Shown piece by piece: positions 38,807 through 47,804 of a stretch of 55,431 nucleotides of DNA (within the stretch, counting starts at the first letter, position 1; each line of letters opens with the position of its first letter). Source of the stretch: Minisyncoccia bacterium (GTDB lineage Bacteria; Patescibacteriota; Minisyncoccia; SW-4-49-11); assembly GCA_044356325.1 (NCBI GenBank), contig JBIKWJ010000005.1, forward strand, positions 1 through 55,431, in the 5' to 3' direction. The translations under genes were made by a program, and so were the position numbers. The notes beneath the pieces are model-generated. The model made no database searches. It saw only the letters and a list, made by a program, of their open reading frames with translations, and was not told the DNA's origin.

Positions 38807-41251
38807 TTATTTTACAAGATTATCTCTGGTAATAATAATATTATCCCCCCTTTTCACATTATTAATAAGAAGATAATTAGCTAAATATGTTTCTAGTATA
38901 GATGATACGGTACGCTCTAATTCTCTTGCGCCAAAATCAGGACTATATCCTTTTTCCGCCAAATATGCAATTGCATCTTGCTCAATTTCTAATCGTACTC
39001 CTCTTTCTTGATCAAATCTCTCAGCAAGGCTTTCTATCATTTTAGCTGCAATTTCAGACACAGTTTCAAGTTGCAATGGATAATAGACAATAACTTCTGT
39101 AAAACGGTTAATAAATTCAGGAGCAAATTCTTTTCCTTGAATAATTGTGTCAATTAATTGCTGTTTAAAGGTAATTTTATCAAAACTTGGATGTTCTCTT
39201 ATAAAATCACGAAGAAATAAAGCTCCTGCATTAGAGGTTGCAATAATAATAGTATTCCTAAAATCTGTACGTATGCCTCTATTATCAGTCAAGAATCCTT
39301 CATCTAAAATTTGTAAGAATATATTTAAAACTTGAGGATGAGCTTTTTCAATTTCATCTAATAATATCAGGGAAAAAGGCTTGTCCTGAACACGTTTTGT
39401 CAAAAACCCTTCTTGAAAACTCACATCCTCTCCAACTGGACTACCTAATATCCCATATACTGAATCTGGTCTTCCAAATTCATTCATATCAAGACGAATC
39501 ATTCTATCTTTTGACCCAAAATAATGTTTGGCAAGAGCCTTGGCAGTTTCCGTTTTACCAACTCCAGTGGGGCCTAAGAATAAAAATGTACCCACTGGCT
39601 TATTACGTGATTTAACATCTAATTGAGCTCTTTTTAAGGCATTGACTAAGGCAGTTAATCCTTCTGGCTGCCCCTTAATTTCAGCCTGTAATTTTGTTTC
39701 TAGAGATAATAAGGTATCTTTTTCGGTATTCTGTAATTCATTAATATTCATATTAGTCCTCTCAGATACTACAGTACGAATATGATGCTCTAATACAAAA
39801 GGACTATCTTCTATATTAGCTTGATTAACTGCATCTGATAAAATTCCTACTGATTTACCAGGAAATCCCCCCTTACTAATATATCTCTCAGAAAAACTCA
39901 TCACAGCTCTTAGAGATTGATAGGTAATATATTTATGATATTGTCGTGTCAAATCAAATGATGTCATCATTAATACATTCATGGTGTCCTCAGGAGAGGC
40001 ATCTTCTACGGGCATTGATTCAAATAAACTATCAATAATAGGAAAGCTTTTCACCCCATTATGATAGCCTTCTGGATTATCTATACCGATTACATTAATA
40101 TGTCGTGAATTTAAAAATTTTACAATAATATTACGTATAGCATCATCTGCAGATATAAATAACTCTGATATATTCTCAATTACAAGAATAATATTTCCCG
40201 AATGCTCTGCATAGTTTAAAGCTTTTAATAGATATTGAGAGGCATTTGTAGTACCTGATAATAAATCTGTTGTTTGTAATTTTAGAATACGAGTAAGATT
40301 ATCATTATGCTGAATTTGATATTGTCTTATAGTGAAAGCTAGATTTTCAATCAATGATTTTTTCCCAACCCCAATATTTCCCAATAGGAGAATATTATGT
40401 CGAGTTGATTTGGAAAGATTAGTTAATATACGCCGCAAAATATCTTGATGAATAATAACCTGATGTGGTTCACGATATATAATTTGATCTGATATATCTT
40501 CAGTGATTCTATCTAAATCATTAGTATATCCAATTGTCCATGATCTTCCCAGAGTCCCAAAATTTTTCTCAACTCCCTCGGGACTCCACATAGATACCGG
40601 TATATTATTATGATAGTATAAAGCCTCCCAAGAAATAATTTGTAAAAAATCCTCCTTAGACAAATCTAATTGATTTAATATACTCGTAAATATACCCCCT
40701 TGCTCAAATAATACATATAGAATCATATGCCCCCCTATACGATATTCTTCCCAAGAATCTTTTATATATTCAATTCTTGCTAATAGTTCATCTATTGGAG
40801 GGAGATTAGGGTTTGTATCAAGCCCCAAATCTTTCAGTTTAGTATAAAAGGTATCTGGAACCAATCCCATATAAGCTAAGATAATTTGTCCCCTTTTACT
40901 GCTTGTGACGGCATGTATAAGCTGGTTATACGTTAATTGCTTAGGAAAATATCCTACTAGATGCTGTGCTAAATCATAATCAAATATTTCAGCATAATTA
41001 TGAGAGAAGATCAAAGTATCTTTATCTGATCGCAATTTTAAAATAATAAATAAATATGAGACCACGTATATATATATACTGGTACCAATGAGAATTATAG
41101 CTAATAGATAATTTCCCGTATTATAGGTAATTATTGTAACAATCCCAATAAATACGAGCCAAATAATATAACTTATCCAATTAAATATAATTTTCTCTAA
41201 TATATTGCTAAAGAATGTTCTTGTGTGATAAATAGAGTAAAAATATTTCAT
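38807..41251 (-). CDS. membrane-anchored Clp/Hsp100 double-AAA+ ATPase (ClpB/ClpC-like)
   Basis: Two N-terminal TM helices, then two Clp_N-like repeats. D1 has an atypical Walker A (GNIGVGKKS) and no DE Walker B (LVIENISE). D2 is canonical (GPTGVGKTETAKALA; ILLDEIEKAHP). No [LIV]-G-[FL] ClpP loop was seen. Confidence 0.85.
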   Translation of the reverse strand: MKYFYSIYHTRTFFSNILEKIIFNWISYIIWLVFIGIVTIITYNTGNYLLAIILIGTSIYIYVVSYLFIILKLRSDKDTLIFSHNYAEIFDYDLAQHLVGYFPKQLTYNQLIHAVTSSKRGQIILAYMGLVPDTFYTKLKDLGLDTNPNLPPIDELLARIEYIKDSWEEYRIGGHMILYVLFEQGGIFTSILNQLDLSKEDFLQIISWEALYYHNNIPVSMWSPEGVEKNFGTLGRSWTIGYTNDLDRITEDISDQIIYREPHQVIIHQDILRRILTNLSKSTRHNILLLGNIGVGKKSLIENLAFTIRQYQIQHNDNLTRILKLQTTDLLSGTTNASQYLLKALNYAEHSGNIILVIENISELFISADDAIRNIIVKFLNSRHINVIGIDNPEGYHNGVKSFPIIDSLFESMPVEDASPEDTMNVLMMTSFDLTRQYHKYITYQSLRAVMSFSERYISKGGFPGKSVGILSDAVNQANIEDSPFVLEHHIRTVVSERTNMNINELQNTEKDTLLSLETKLQAEIKGQPEGLTALVNALKRAQLDVKSRNKPVGTFLFLGPTGVGKTETAKALAKHYFGSKDRMIRLDMNEFGRPDSVYGILGSPVGEDVSFQEGFLTKRVQDKPFSLILLDEIEKAHPQVLNIFLQILDEGFLTDNRGIRTDFRNTIIIATSNAGALFLRDFIREHPSFDKITFKQQLIDTIIQGKEFAPEFINRFTEVIVYYPLQLETVSEIAAKMIESLAERFDQERGVRLEIEQDAIAYLAEKGYSPDFGARELERTVSSILETYLANYLLINNVKRGDNIIITRDNLVK

Positions 41252-41255
41252 ATTA

Positions 41256-41651
41256 TTAAAAACTTTTTATAATAATAAAGATAAATAATACTGGATATAA
41301 TACCCATATTATAAGACCTATAGCTCCTACAAAAGCAGCTATAATAACAATAATAATGCCCAATATTATTGTAAACCCTCTCACAAAAGCTCCTACAATT
41401 CTTGATATCATATTAGAGGTCCAGACTTCAAATATATGTTTTAAGTCAAATCCTTTATTAGGATAAGCATATAGTTGATTTTTCCAAGGAGAAAAAAATG
41501 TTTTTATAAGAAAAATAAAAGAGAAAATATTACCAAACACTACAATATATTGCATAATTTTACGAATAATTCTATATGGCATTTCAATCCAATACCATTT
41601 AATAAATATTCCTATTAATTTAGCATTATATTCTGCAGTTTCTATAATCAT
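41256..41651 (-). CDS. small integral membrane protein (hypothetical)
   Basis: 131-aa ORF with 3 hydrophobic segments. Gaps to its neighbours are 1 nt and 4 nt. Confidence 0.5.
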   Translation of the reverse strand: MIIETAEYNAKLIGIFIKWYWIEMPYRIIRKIMQYIVVFGNIFSFIFLIKTFFSPWKNQLYAYPNKGFDLKHIFEVWTSNMISRIVGAFVRGFTIILGIIIVIIAAFVGAIGLIIWVLYPVLFIFIIIKSF

Positions 41652-41652
41652 A

Positions 41653-42603
41653 TTATTCTTGTATCACTTTTATTTGTGAAAATGTAGAATTAAGATTTAC
41701 CTTTACTATTTTTTCTTTTTCATCACCTGACACCTGATAATTACTACTCTCATATAGTGTTGAATTCTCTCCTTTTTGAACAAGACCAATGAAATCATTC
41801 TGAGTAAAACTATGTGATGTAGATAATAATACCTTACTATTACGTGGAATAGTAATAGTAACTCGACTTGCAGTAGAAGAAATATTAAGGGTAGCTGTTG
41901 TATCAACTTGCTTTAAGGAAATAGATGCCTCAGAACCTCTAAGCGTAATACTTGCAGATTTCAATAACACTTGCTCTAAATCTAATGAAAGTGATGAGAT
42001 ATTAGCAGTAATATCAAATATAGTAGGGATATTGTCGGACAATATTAAATTTATTTTTTTACTATATGAACCAAAACCGGGTTGAATATCTAATTGTTTA
42101 AGACCTATATTCTGCACGAAATCTTGATCTAATGAAAGCGTATTGGTTAATATCCCATAATTAGAAGTGTATTCTCCATCAATACCGTATCCCCCTCCTT
42201 TAATCGATAGGTCTGCAGCTGTAAAGGCCATATCCGTATATATACTTTTTACATCATTTATTGATCCTGATACTGTTTGGGTATTAGATTCAATAGTATC
42301 TTTTCTGATAGGGACAGAAAAACTCGTAATCGTAATAGCTGATACTAACAAAAACAAACCTACTATTAATGATACTAAACTTTTTACTCGAAATATTGAT
42401 AACCCTACTGCAATCAAAGCAAGTGGCCAAATATAAATGAAAGGGATATATATATAAAGATAATTATTTTGATATACTCCTTGATAATATACTATCCCCA
42501 AGCTCAAACCTAAAATTAATATATATATTGTACCTAAATGAGAAAATATTCTTAAAAAGGGATTTGTTTTTTTTTCTCCTGATTCAATAATAATACTTGA
42601 CAT
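41653..42603 (-). CDS. membrane protein with beta-rich C-terminal domain (LiaF/DUF4097-like by context)
   Basis: 316-aa ORF with N-terminal TM helices followed by an S/T/N-rich repetitive beta-type domain. Follows a PspC-domain gene, as LiaF-like genes often do. Confidence 0.45.
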   Translation of the reverse strand: MSSIIIESGEKKTNPFLRIFSHLGTIYILILGLSLGIVYYQGVYQNNYLYIYIPFIYIWPLALIAVGLSIFRVKSLVSLIVGLFLLVSAITITSFSVPIRKDTIESNTQTVSGSINDVKSIYTDMAFTAADLSIKGGGYGIDGEYTSNYGILTNTLSLDQDFVQNIGLKQLDIQPGFGSYSKKINLILSDNIPTIFDITANISSLSLDLEQVLLKSASITLRGSEASISLKQVDTTATLNISSTASRVTITIPRNSKVLLSTSHSFTQNDFIGLVQKGENSTLYESSNYQVSGDEKEKIVKVNLNSTFSQIKVIQE

Positions 42604-42615
42604 ATTTATAAAGTA

Positions 42616-43089
42616 TTAGATTTTTTTATTAGTAAGACTTTTTAATATAAAGGCCATCCCTATTGTTATAAATAAGGCTGGATATCTCCAAGAATTAGGA
42701 ATAAGAGCCCAAGGTACAATATCAAATTGCAATATGAATCCTCCAAAGAATAAAATACTTATAGAGATAATATTGGGGGCTGTAATTAATTCATCCCACA
42801 ATGTAGATTTTCTTACTATAGTATTATCATCTTTACTCTGTAGACCTTGTATAGCTGTTTGATAAAATTCAAGATCATCCTGCTCCATTACTTCCCGCTC
42901 AGTAGGTAATAATACTGATAAAGTTAAGTAGAATACTAAACCGATACCACTTGCAAGAGTTAATAAAATAAATAATACTCTAATAGAAATATGAGAAACA
43001 TCTAAGTAATCTGCTATTCCTGCCGCTACTCCAGTCAAAAATTGATAATTTGTCGATTTGTATAACCGTTTTTTTATTTCAATTGCCAT
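42616..43089 (-). CDS. PspC-domain membrane protein
   Basis: KRLYKSTNYQFLTGVAAGIADYLDVSHISIRVLFILLTL is a typical PspC N-terminal domain. Further TM helices follow. Confidence 0.75.
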   Translation of the reverse strand: MAIEIKKRLYKSTNYQFLTGVAAGIADYLDVSHISIRVLFILLTLASGIGLVFYLTLSVLLPTEREVMEQDDLEFYQTAIQGLQSKDDNTIVRKSTLWDELITAPNIISISILFFGGFILQFDIVPWALIPNSWRYPALFITIGMAFILKSLTNKKI

Positions 43090-43102
43090 AACTAATATTA
43101 CT

Positions 43103-43131
43103 ATTATGATATACTAGTAGTATATCATAAT
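43103..43131. promoter_or_regulatory. perfect 29-bp palindrome (14+1+14) in the divergent pspC / uvrC control region
   Basis: attatgatatacta g tagtatatcataat, checked base by base. A TATAAT at 43141-43146 lies downstream on the uvrC side. Confidence 0.5.
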
Positions 43132-43171
43132 TTTATCCTTTATAATAATAGTGGATAACTGTTTTATACTT

Positions 43172-44437
43172 ATGTCTCACACCTTAGCCAAAATAATTCA
43201 AGATATTCCTCAAATTCCAGGGATATATCTCTTTTATAATATCGATAATACCATTATTTATATTGGTAAAGCAATTAAGCTCAAAAGTCGTGTACAAAGT
43301 TATTTTCGAGCTAATGCCTCTCTCAATGGAGCAAAAAGAGCTATGATAAAAGATATTCATCATATTGAAATCAAACCTTGTGATAGTGAAATTGAGGCAT
43401 TGATATTAGAATCTAATCTGATAAAAAAATATAATCCCAAATACAATATACTCTTAAAAGATGATAAAAGTTATGCCTATCTTGTTTGGACTAAAGAAGA
43501 TTTTCCTCGTATATTTGTCACTCATAAAACCTATTTAGATTCTCATACAGAAAAATTAAATTATCTGGGACCTTTTGTCAATGGAGATGCTTTACGCAAA
43601 ACATTACGTATTTTACGTAAAAGCTTTCCTTATCGATCCTGTAAAACAATGCCCAAACATCCTTGTATTTATTATCGCCTCGGTAAATGTGAGGCTCCCT
43701 GTATACAAAATATAAATAAAATTAATTATCAAAAACACTTGAGCACCATACTCGAGATTATGAAAGGAAAAACAAAGTCAATTTTAAAAGATTTAACTAT
43801 TCAAATGCAAAGCTATTCAGTATTGCAGGAATTCGAGAAAGCTCTTGAGATTAAACAACAAATTGAAGCTTTAGAAAAAATATCTCTCCATAAAGGTATT
43901 ATCACATCGGATAAGAGTCGAAATATCAAATATACCGAAGATTTACAAACAGTACTCAATCTTGACAAATTACCCAAAAGAATAGAGGGTTATGATTCCT
44001 CCCATTTTCACGGCGATAAAGCAGTAGTGTCAATGGTAGTATTTGAAGATGGAAAAGCCAATAAAGCTGAATATAGAAAATTCCGTATACAAAAACCTCC
44101 TGAAGGGGGTGATGACTTTTATAATCTCAATCAAGCTCTTACCCGAAGATTCCAACATAATGACTGGCCTATTCCTGATTTGATTTTAATTGATGGTGGC
44201 AAGGGGCAATTATCAAAAGCTTTAGAGGCTCAAAAAAATGGAAAGATTGAATATCGTTCTATCCCTATCATATCTTTGGCAAAAAGATTAGAGGAAATAT
44301 ATATTCCAGGTCAAGATAAGCCGCAATTATTACCCCGCTCATCTCGAGCCCTTCAATTATTACAACAAATTCGAGATGAATCTCATCGTTTCGCGGTTAC
44401 TTATCATCGTAAATTGAGAGAGAAATTACCAGAATAA
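43172..44437 (+). CDS. uvrC: excinuclease ABC subunit C, lacking the C-terminal (HhH)2 region
   Basis: GIY-YIG motif (PGIYLFYN...IIYIGKA), a UVR-like helix region and the RNase H-like nuclease domain (YDSSHFHG...LILIDGGKGQL). Ends at 421 aa. Start taken at the ATG at 43172. Confidence 0.85.
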   Translation: MSHTLAKIIQDIPQIPGIYLFYNIDNTIIYIGKAIKLKSRVQSYFRANASLNGAKRAMIKDIHHIEIKPCDSEIEALILESNLIKKYNPKYNILLKDDKSYAYLVWTKEDFPRIFVTHKTYLDSHTEKLNYLGPFVNGDALRKTLRILRKSFPYRSCKTMPKHPCIYYRLGKCEAPCIQNINKINYQKHLSTILEIMKGKTKSILKDLTIQMQSYSVLQEFEKALEIKQQIEALEKISLHKGIITSDKSRNIKYTEDLQTVLNLDKLPKRIEGYDSSHFHGDKAVVSMVVFEDGKANKAEYRKFRIQKPPEGGDDFYNLNQALTRRFQHNDWPIPDLILIDGGKGQLSKALEAQKNGKIEYRSIPIISLAKRLEEIYIPGQDKPQLLPRSSRALQLLQQIRDESHRFAVTYHRKLREKLPE

Positions 44438-44444
44438 AAAAGGG

Positions 44445-44782
44445 AAATTTGTAGCAGCAGGGGGATTCGGTCACAAGTAATTTCCCTGACGGGAAATTCT
44501 CGCTACCCCGTCTCGCCGTGTTCGCCTTGCGCTTAGCGCAAACTCACACCAGGCTCCGACCTTCTCATCCCCACGGGAGATATGCTATATCTCCCTTTGC
44601 TTTTACTAAAAAATTTGTAGCCGCAAGGGGATTCGGTCACAAGTAATTTCCCTGACGGGAAATTCTCGCTACCCCGTCTCGCCGTGTTCGCCTTGCGCTT
44701 AGCGCAAACTCACACCAGGCTCCGACCTTCTCATCCCCACGGGAGATATACTATATCTCCCTTTGCTTTTACTAAAAAATTT
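44445..44782. repeat. two tandem 166-bp GC-rich repeats, each containing a copy of the tRNA-Glu 3' end
   Basis: Units at 44451-44616 and 44617-44782 differ at 3 positions. Each begins (plus strand) ttgtagc[a/c]gca[g/a]ggggattcg, which matches the last 21 nt of the adjacent tRNA-Glu locus. Confidence 0.9.
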
Positions 44783-44783
44783 G

Positions 44784-44858
44784 TAGCCGCAAGGGGATTC
44801 GAACCCCTGTTTTCCCCGTGAGAGGGGGATGTCCTAGACCAGGCTAGACGATGTGGCC
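44784..44858 (-). tRNA. tRNA-Glu (CTC)
   Basis: Cloverleaf: GGCCACA TC GTCT AGCCTGGTCT AGGAC A TCCCC CTCTCAC GGGGA AAAC AGGGG TTCGAAT CCCCT TGCGGCT A. The acceptor stem has a G1-U72 wobble and an A5/C68 mismatch. Confidence 0.8.
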
Positions 44859-44905
44859 AATATCTGTACAGTATACAGATTTTAAATCTTTTTGGCAAGA
44901 GAGAT

Positions 44906-46090
44906 TTATTTTTTATTGAGTTTATTACGAATAAAGGTAGGAAGTTCAAATTCATCTTCCCCATCTGAATCTACAGTTTTAATAAATTCATCTTTTTTAA
45001 CTTCCACTGCTTTTTGTCGCTCTTCCTCTTCTTTTTGTTTTATTTTTTCAGCTTCAACTTGTTTTTGTAATTCCTCTAAAGTTGGCTCTTTAACTTCTTC
45101 TGTCTTAAATGGCTTAATTGGTGGCTTAATATCTTTTTGATCAAATCCAGTGGCTATTACCGTTACCTGCAATTCCCCATCTGTTAATTTCTCATTTATT
45201 ACCGCTCCAAAAATGACTTGGGCATCCGGATCAATAGACTCAATAATGACATTAGCGGCATCATTAATTTCTGCCATTGATAAATCTTTACCTCCCGTAA
45301 CATTGAATAATACTCCCTTAGCTCCCTTAATAGAAATATCTAAAAGTGGACTATTAATTGCAATTTTAGCAGCTGTTATTGCTCTATCTTCACCTGATGC
45401 ACTACCAATTCCCATCAAAGCAGATCCTGCATTTTTCATAATAGCACTAACATCAGCAAAGTCTACATTAACAAGTCCTGGTGTAGTAATTAAGTCAGAA
45501 ATACCTTGTACTCCTTGTCTCAAGACATCATCAATCATAGAAAAAGCGTCCAGTACCGGAGTATTACGATCAATAATATTTAATATTTTATCATTAGGAA
45601 TAGTAATAATAGTATCAACATTTTTCTTTAATTCTTCAAAAGCAGCATCTGCAATACGCTTACGCTGTATACCTTCAAACATAAAAGGCTTTGTTACAAC
45701 GGCCACAGTCAAGGCACCACTTTCTTTAGCGGCTTGAGCAATAACTGGAGAAGCTCCGGATCCAGTTCCCCCACCCATTCCAGCGGTGATAAAAATCATA
45801 TGAGACCCATTTACTGCCTGATACACCTCTTCTTTACTTTCCTCAGCTGATTTTCTTCCAACTTCTGGATTCATACCAGCCCCAAGCCCACGAGTAAGAT
45901 TTTTCCCCAAATGAACTTTATGTTCTGCTTGTGAATGATGTAAATCTTGAGCATCAGTATTGACAGCCACAAATTCGACTCCCTTAATATCTGAATCTAT
46001 CATTCTTTTTAGGGCATTTCCTCCAGCACCTCCAACTCCAACAACTTTAATTTTTGCAAATGCTTCTATCTCAGGATTTATTCTTGCCAT
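44906..46090 (-). CDS. ftsZ: cell division GTPase FtsZ
   Basis: IKVVGVGGAGGNAL and GMGGGTGSGASPVIA motifs. Start taken at the ATG at 46090 (MARINPEIE...); the ORF-track start is 46120. Confidence 0.95.
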   Translation of the reverse strand: MARINPEIEAFAKIKVVGVGGAGGNALKRMIDSDIKGVEFVAVNTDAQDLHHSQAEHKVHLGKNLTRGLGAGMNPEVGRKSAEESKEEVYQAVNGSHMIFITAGMGGGTGSGASPVIAQAAKESGALTVAVVTKPFMFEGIQRKRIADAAFEELKKNVDTIITIPNDKILNIIDRNTPVLDAFSMIDDVLRQGVQGISDLITTPGLVNVDFADVSAIMKNAGSALMGIGSASGEDRAITAAKIAINSPLLDISIKGAKGVLFNVTGGKDLSMAEINDAANVIIESIDPDAQVIFGAVINEKLTDGELQVTVIATGFDQKDIKPPIKPFKTEEVKEPTLEELQKQVEAEKIKQKEEEERQKAVEVKKDEFIKTVDSDGEDEFELPTFIRNKLNKK

Positions 46091-46169
46091 ATATGTTGAA
46101 TATCTATTCAATACTTTCAAATAGTATAGCTTATTCGTGGATAAAAGTCAAAGTTTGACTTTTATAATA

Positions 46170-47264
46170 TTATTTAATTTTAAAAACTTTCCCCAATTGC
46201 TGAGCACTTATATTCCAATCAAATTCTTTTGCCCGCTCATATCCTTTATGAATTAATGATTGTTTTAAAAGATCATCAGTAACTACACTTTTGATACCTC
46301 TTGCTATTGATTTGGCTGAATGGGGGTTTATGATTACCGCCGCATCTCCTCCAACTTCCTTCATAGCCCCTATATTCGAGGTGATAACGGGAGTACCTAA
46401 ACTCAACCCTTCAATAATAGGGATACCGAATCCTTCATACAGAGATGGATATACCAATATTTCAGCTTGCTGTATATATTTAATCATATCTTCATCTGAT
46501 ATATATCCCAGTAATTTCACCCTATCTTCTAAATGATATGTATTGATGAGCTTAGGAATATCAGGAATAAGAGGGCTTTCAAAGTAATTACCTGCTATAT
46601 ACAATTGTAAGTCAGGAAATTTAGGAGCTATAATACGAAAGGCCTCAATTAATTGAGAGACATTTTTCCTAATATCAAGTCCTCCTTCATAAAAGATATA
46701 TTTTACTGGTATAGATAATGTTTCTTTTGTCGCGATACGGGGGGATGCAGGATAGACAATAGGAATATCCTTAACTTTTAACTCAAAAACATCTGCTATT
46801 TCTTGAGCTGAAAAAGCTGATATCGTCACAATTTGTGTAACTTTTTTAATGGAAGACTGTAATAAACGAACATACATATTCACTTTCCAATTAGGAATAT
46901 ATTCTGGCAATCGCCAATAAATCACATCATGCACGGTCATAATATGAGGGATTTGAGGAATATAAGAAAGACTTGGATGAGGACTCCATACAATATCAGC
47001 TTTTAGCTTTAATACTGCTTTTGGGAATATCAATTTTTCCCATACTACTTGAGCAATAAGATCATTGCGTTTATACCAAACAGGAATATATTGAATTTGC
47101 TTCTGAATAGATTGAGGAATATGTTTGACTGAAGATTTGAGATATTCTGGTATTAAGATGATGATTTCATAATCCCATTTTTGATGTTCAAGTATTTGTA
47201 ACAAATATTGCCCCATCCCTGTTTTGGGTTTTGCAAGAAAATCTCCATTGATGATAAGTTTCAT
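46170..47264 (-). CDS. GT-B glycosyltransferase (group 1 / GT4-like)
   Basis: C-terminal EGFGIPIIEGLSLGTPVITSN (E-x7-E region). Confidence 0.8.
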   Translation of the reverse strand: MKLIINGDFLAKPKTGMGQYLLQILEHQKWDYEIIILIPEYLKSSVKHIPQSIQKQIQYIPVWYKRNDLIAQVVWEKLIFPKAVLKLKADIVWSPHPSLSYIPQIPHIMTVHDVIYWRLPEYIPNWKVNMYVRLLQSSIKKVTQIVTISAFSAQEIADVFELKVKDIPIVYPASPRIATKETLSIPVKYIFYEGGLDIRKNVSQLIEAFRIIAPKFPDLQLYIAGNYFESPLIPDIPKLINTYHLEDRVKLLGYISDEDMIKYIQQAEILVYPSLYEGFGIPIIEGLSLGTPVITSNIGAMKEVGGDAAVIINPHSAKSIARGIKSVVTDDLLKQSLIHKGYERAKEFDWNISAQQLGKVFKIK

Positions 47265-47353
47265 AGAGTATATATTTTATATAATTTAGTATAGCATATT
47301 GAGCTCTATATATGCTATACTGTTACACAGTAAACTTAGATTATTATATCTAT

Positions 47354-47797
47354 ATGAAGCCTCTTGCACAAAATATTCGAGCCACTTTTGATTATACAAT
47401 CATTGATACCTATCAGGCTGGACTTCAATTATTTGGAAATGAAGTGAAATCAGTAAAATTAGGTCATTCTAGTCTCAAAGGAGCTTATATTACTATTGAA
47501 AATAATGAATTATTTTTGATTCATTGCCATATCCCCCATTATCAAAATCATACTGATACCCATTTTGATACTGAGCGGCCTCGCAAAATACTTTTAAAGC
47601 GCTCTGAAATCGACTCCTTAATTGCCAAAAAATCAGCTTTAGGCTTGACAATTATCCCAATTAAGCTATACTTAATACGTGGACTTATTAAGATTGAAAT
47701 TGTTCTTGCAAAGGGCAAAAAAAAGATTGATAAGCGCCATAGTATTCGAGATAGAGAAGAACAAAGATCTATTCAAAGAATATTGCGAATCAAATAA
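47354..47797 (+). CDS. smpB: SsrA-binding protein SmpB
   Basis: GNEVKSVKLGHSSLKGAYI... and a basic C-terminal tail. The tmRNA gene starts 8 nt downstream. Start taken at the ATG at 47354. Confidence 0.9.
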   Translation: MKPLAQNIRATFDYTIIDTYQAGLQLFGNEVKSVKLGHSSLKGAYITIENNELFLIHCHIPHYQNHTDTHFDTERPRKILLKRSEIDSLIAKKSALGLTIIPIKLYLIRGLIKIEIVLAKGKKKIDKRHSIRDREEQRSIQRILRIK

Positions 47798-47804
47798 CTC
47801 AATC

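Noticed and set aside
42567-42575. A9/T9 homopolymer in codons 9-12 of the LiaF-like gene as a phase-variation switch
   Set aside because: Runs of 8-9 A/T are common in this AT-rich sequence (for example near 2942 and 26172). Nothing else marks this gene as contingency-regulated, and it cannot be judged from a single sequence.
44445-44782. The 166-bp tandem repeats as a CRISPR array or a type III toxin-antitoxin RNA array
   Set aside because: There are no unique spacers between the repeats, and the unit length is far beyond CRISPR (about 25-40 nt) or ToxI-like (about 36 nt) repeats. No cas or toxN-like gene is adjacent.
44861-44879. Hairpin atctgta-cagta-tacagat between ftsZ and tRNA-Glu as a terminator
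   Set aside because: The stem is short and AT-rich, and no T-run follows on the transcribed (minus) strand. It is more likely incidental or a processing signal, so it is not reported as a feature.
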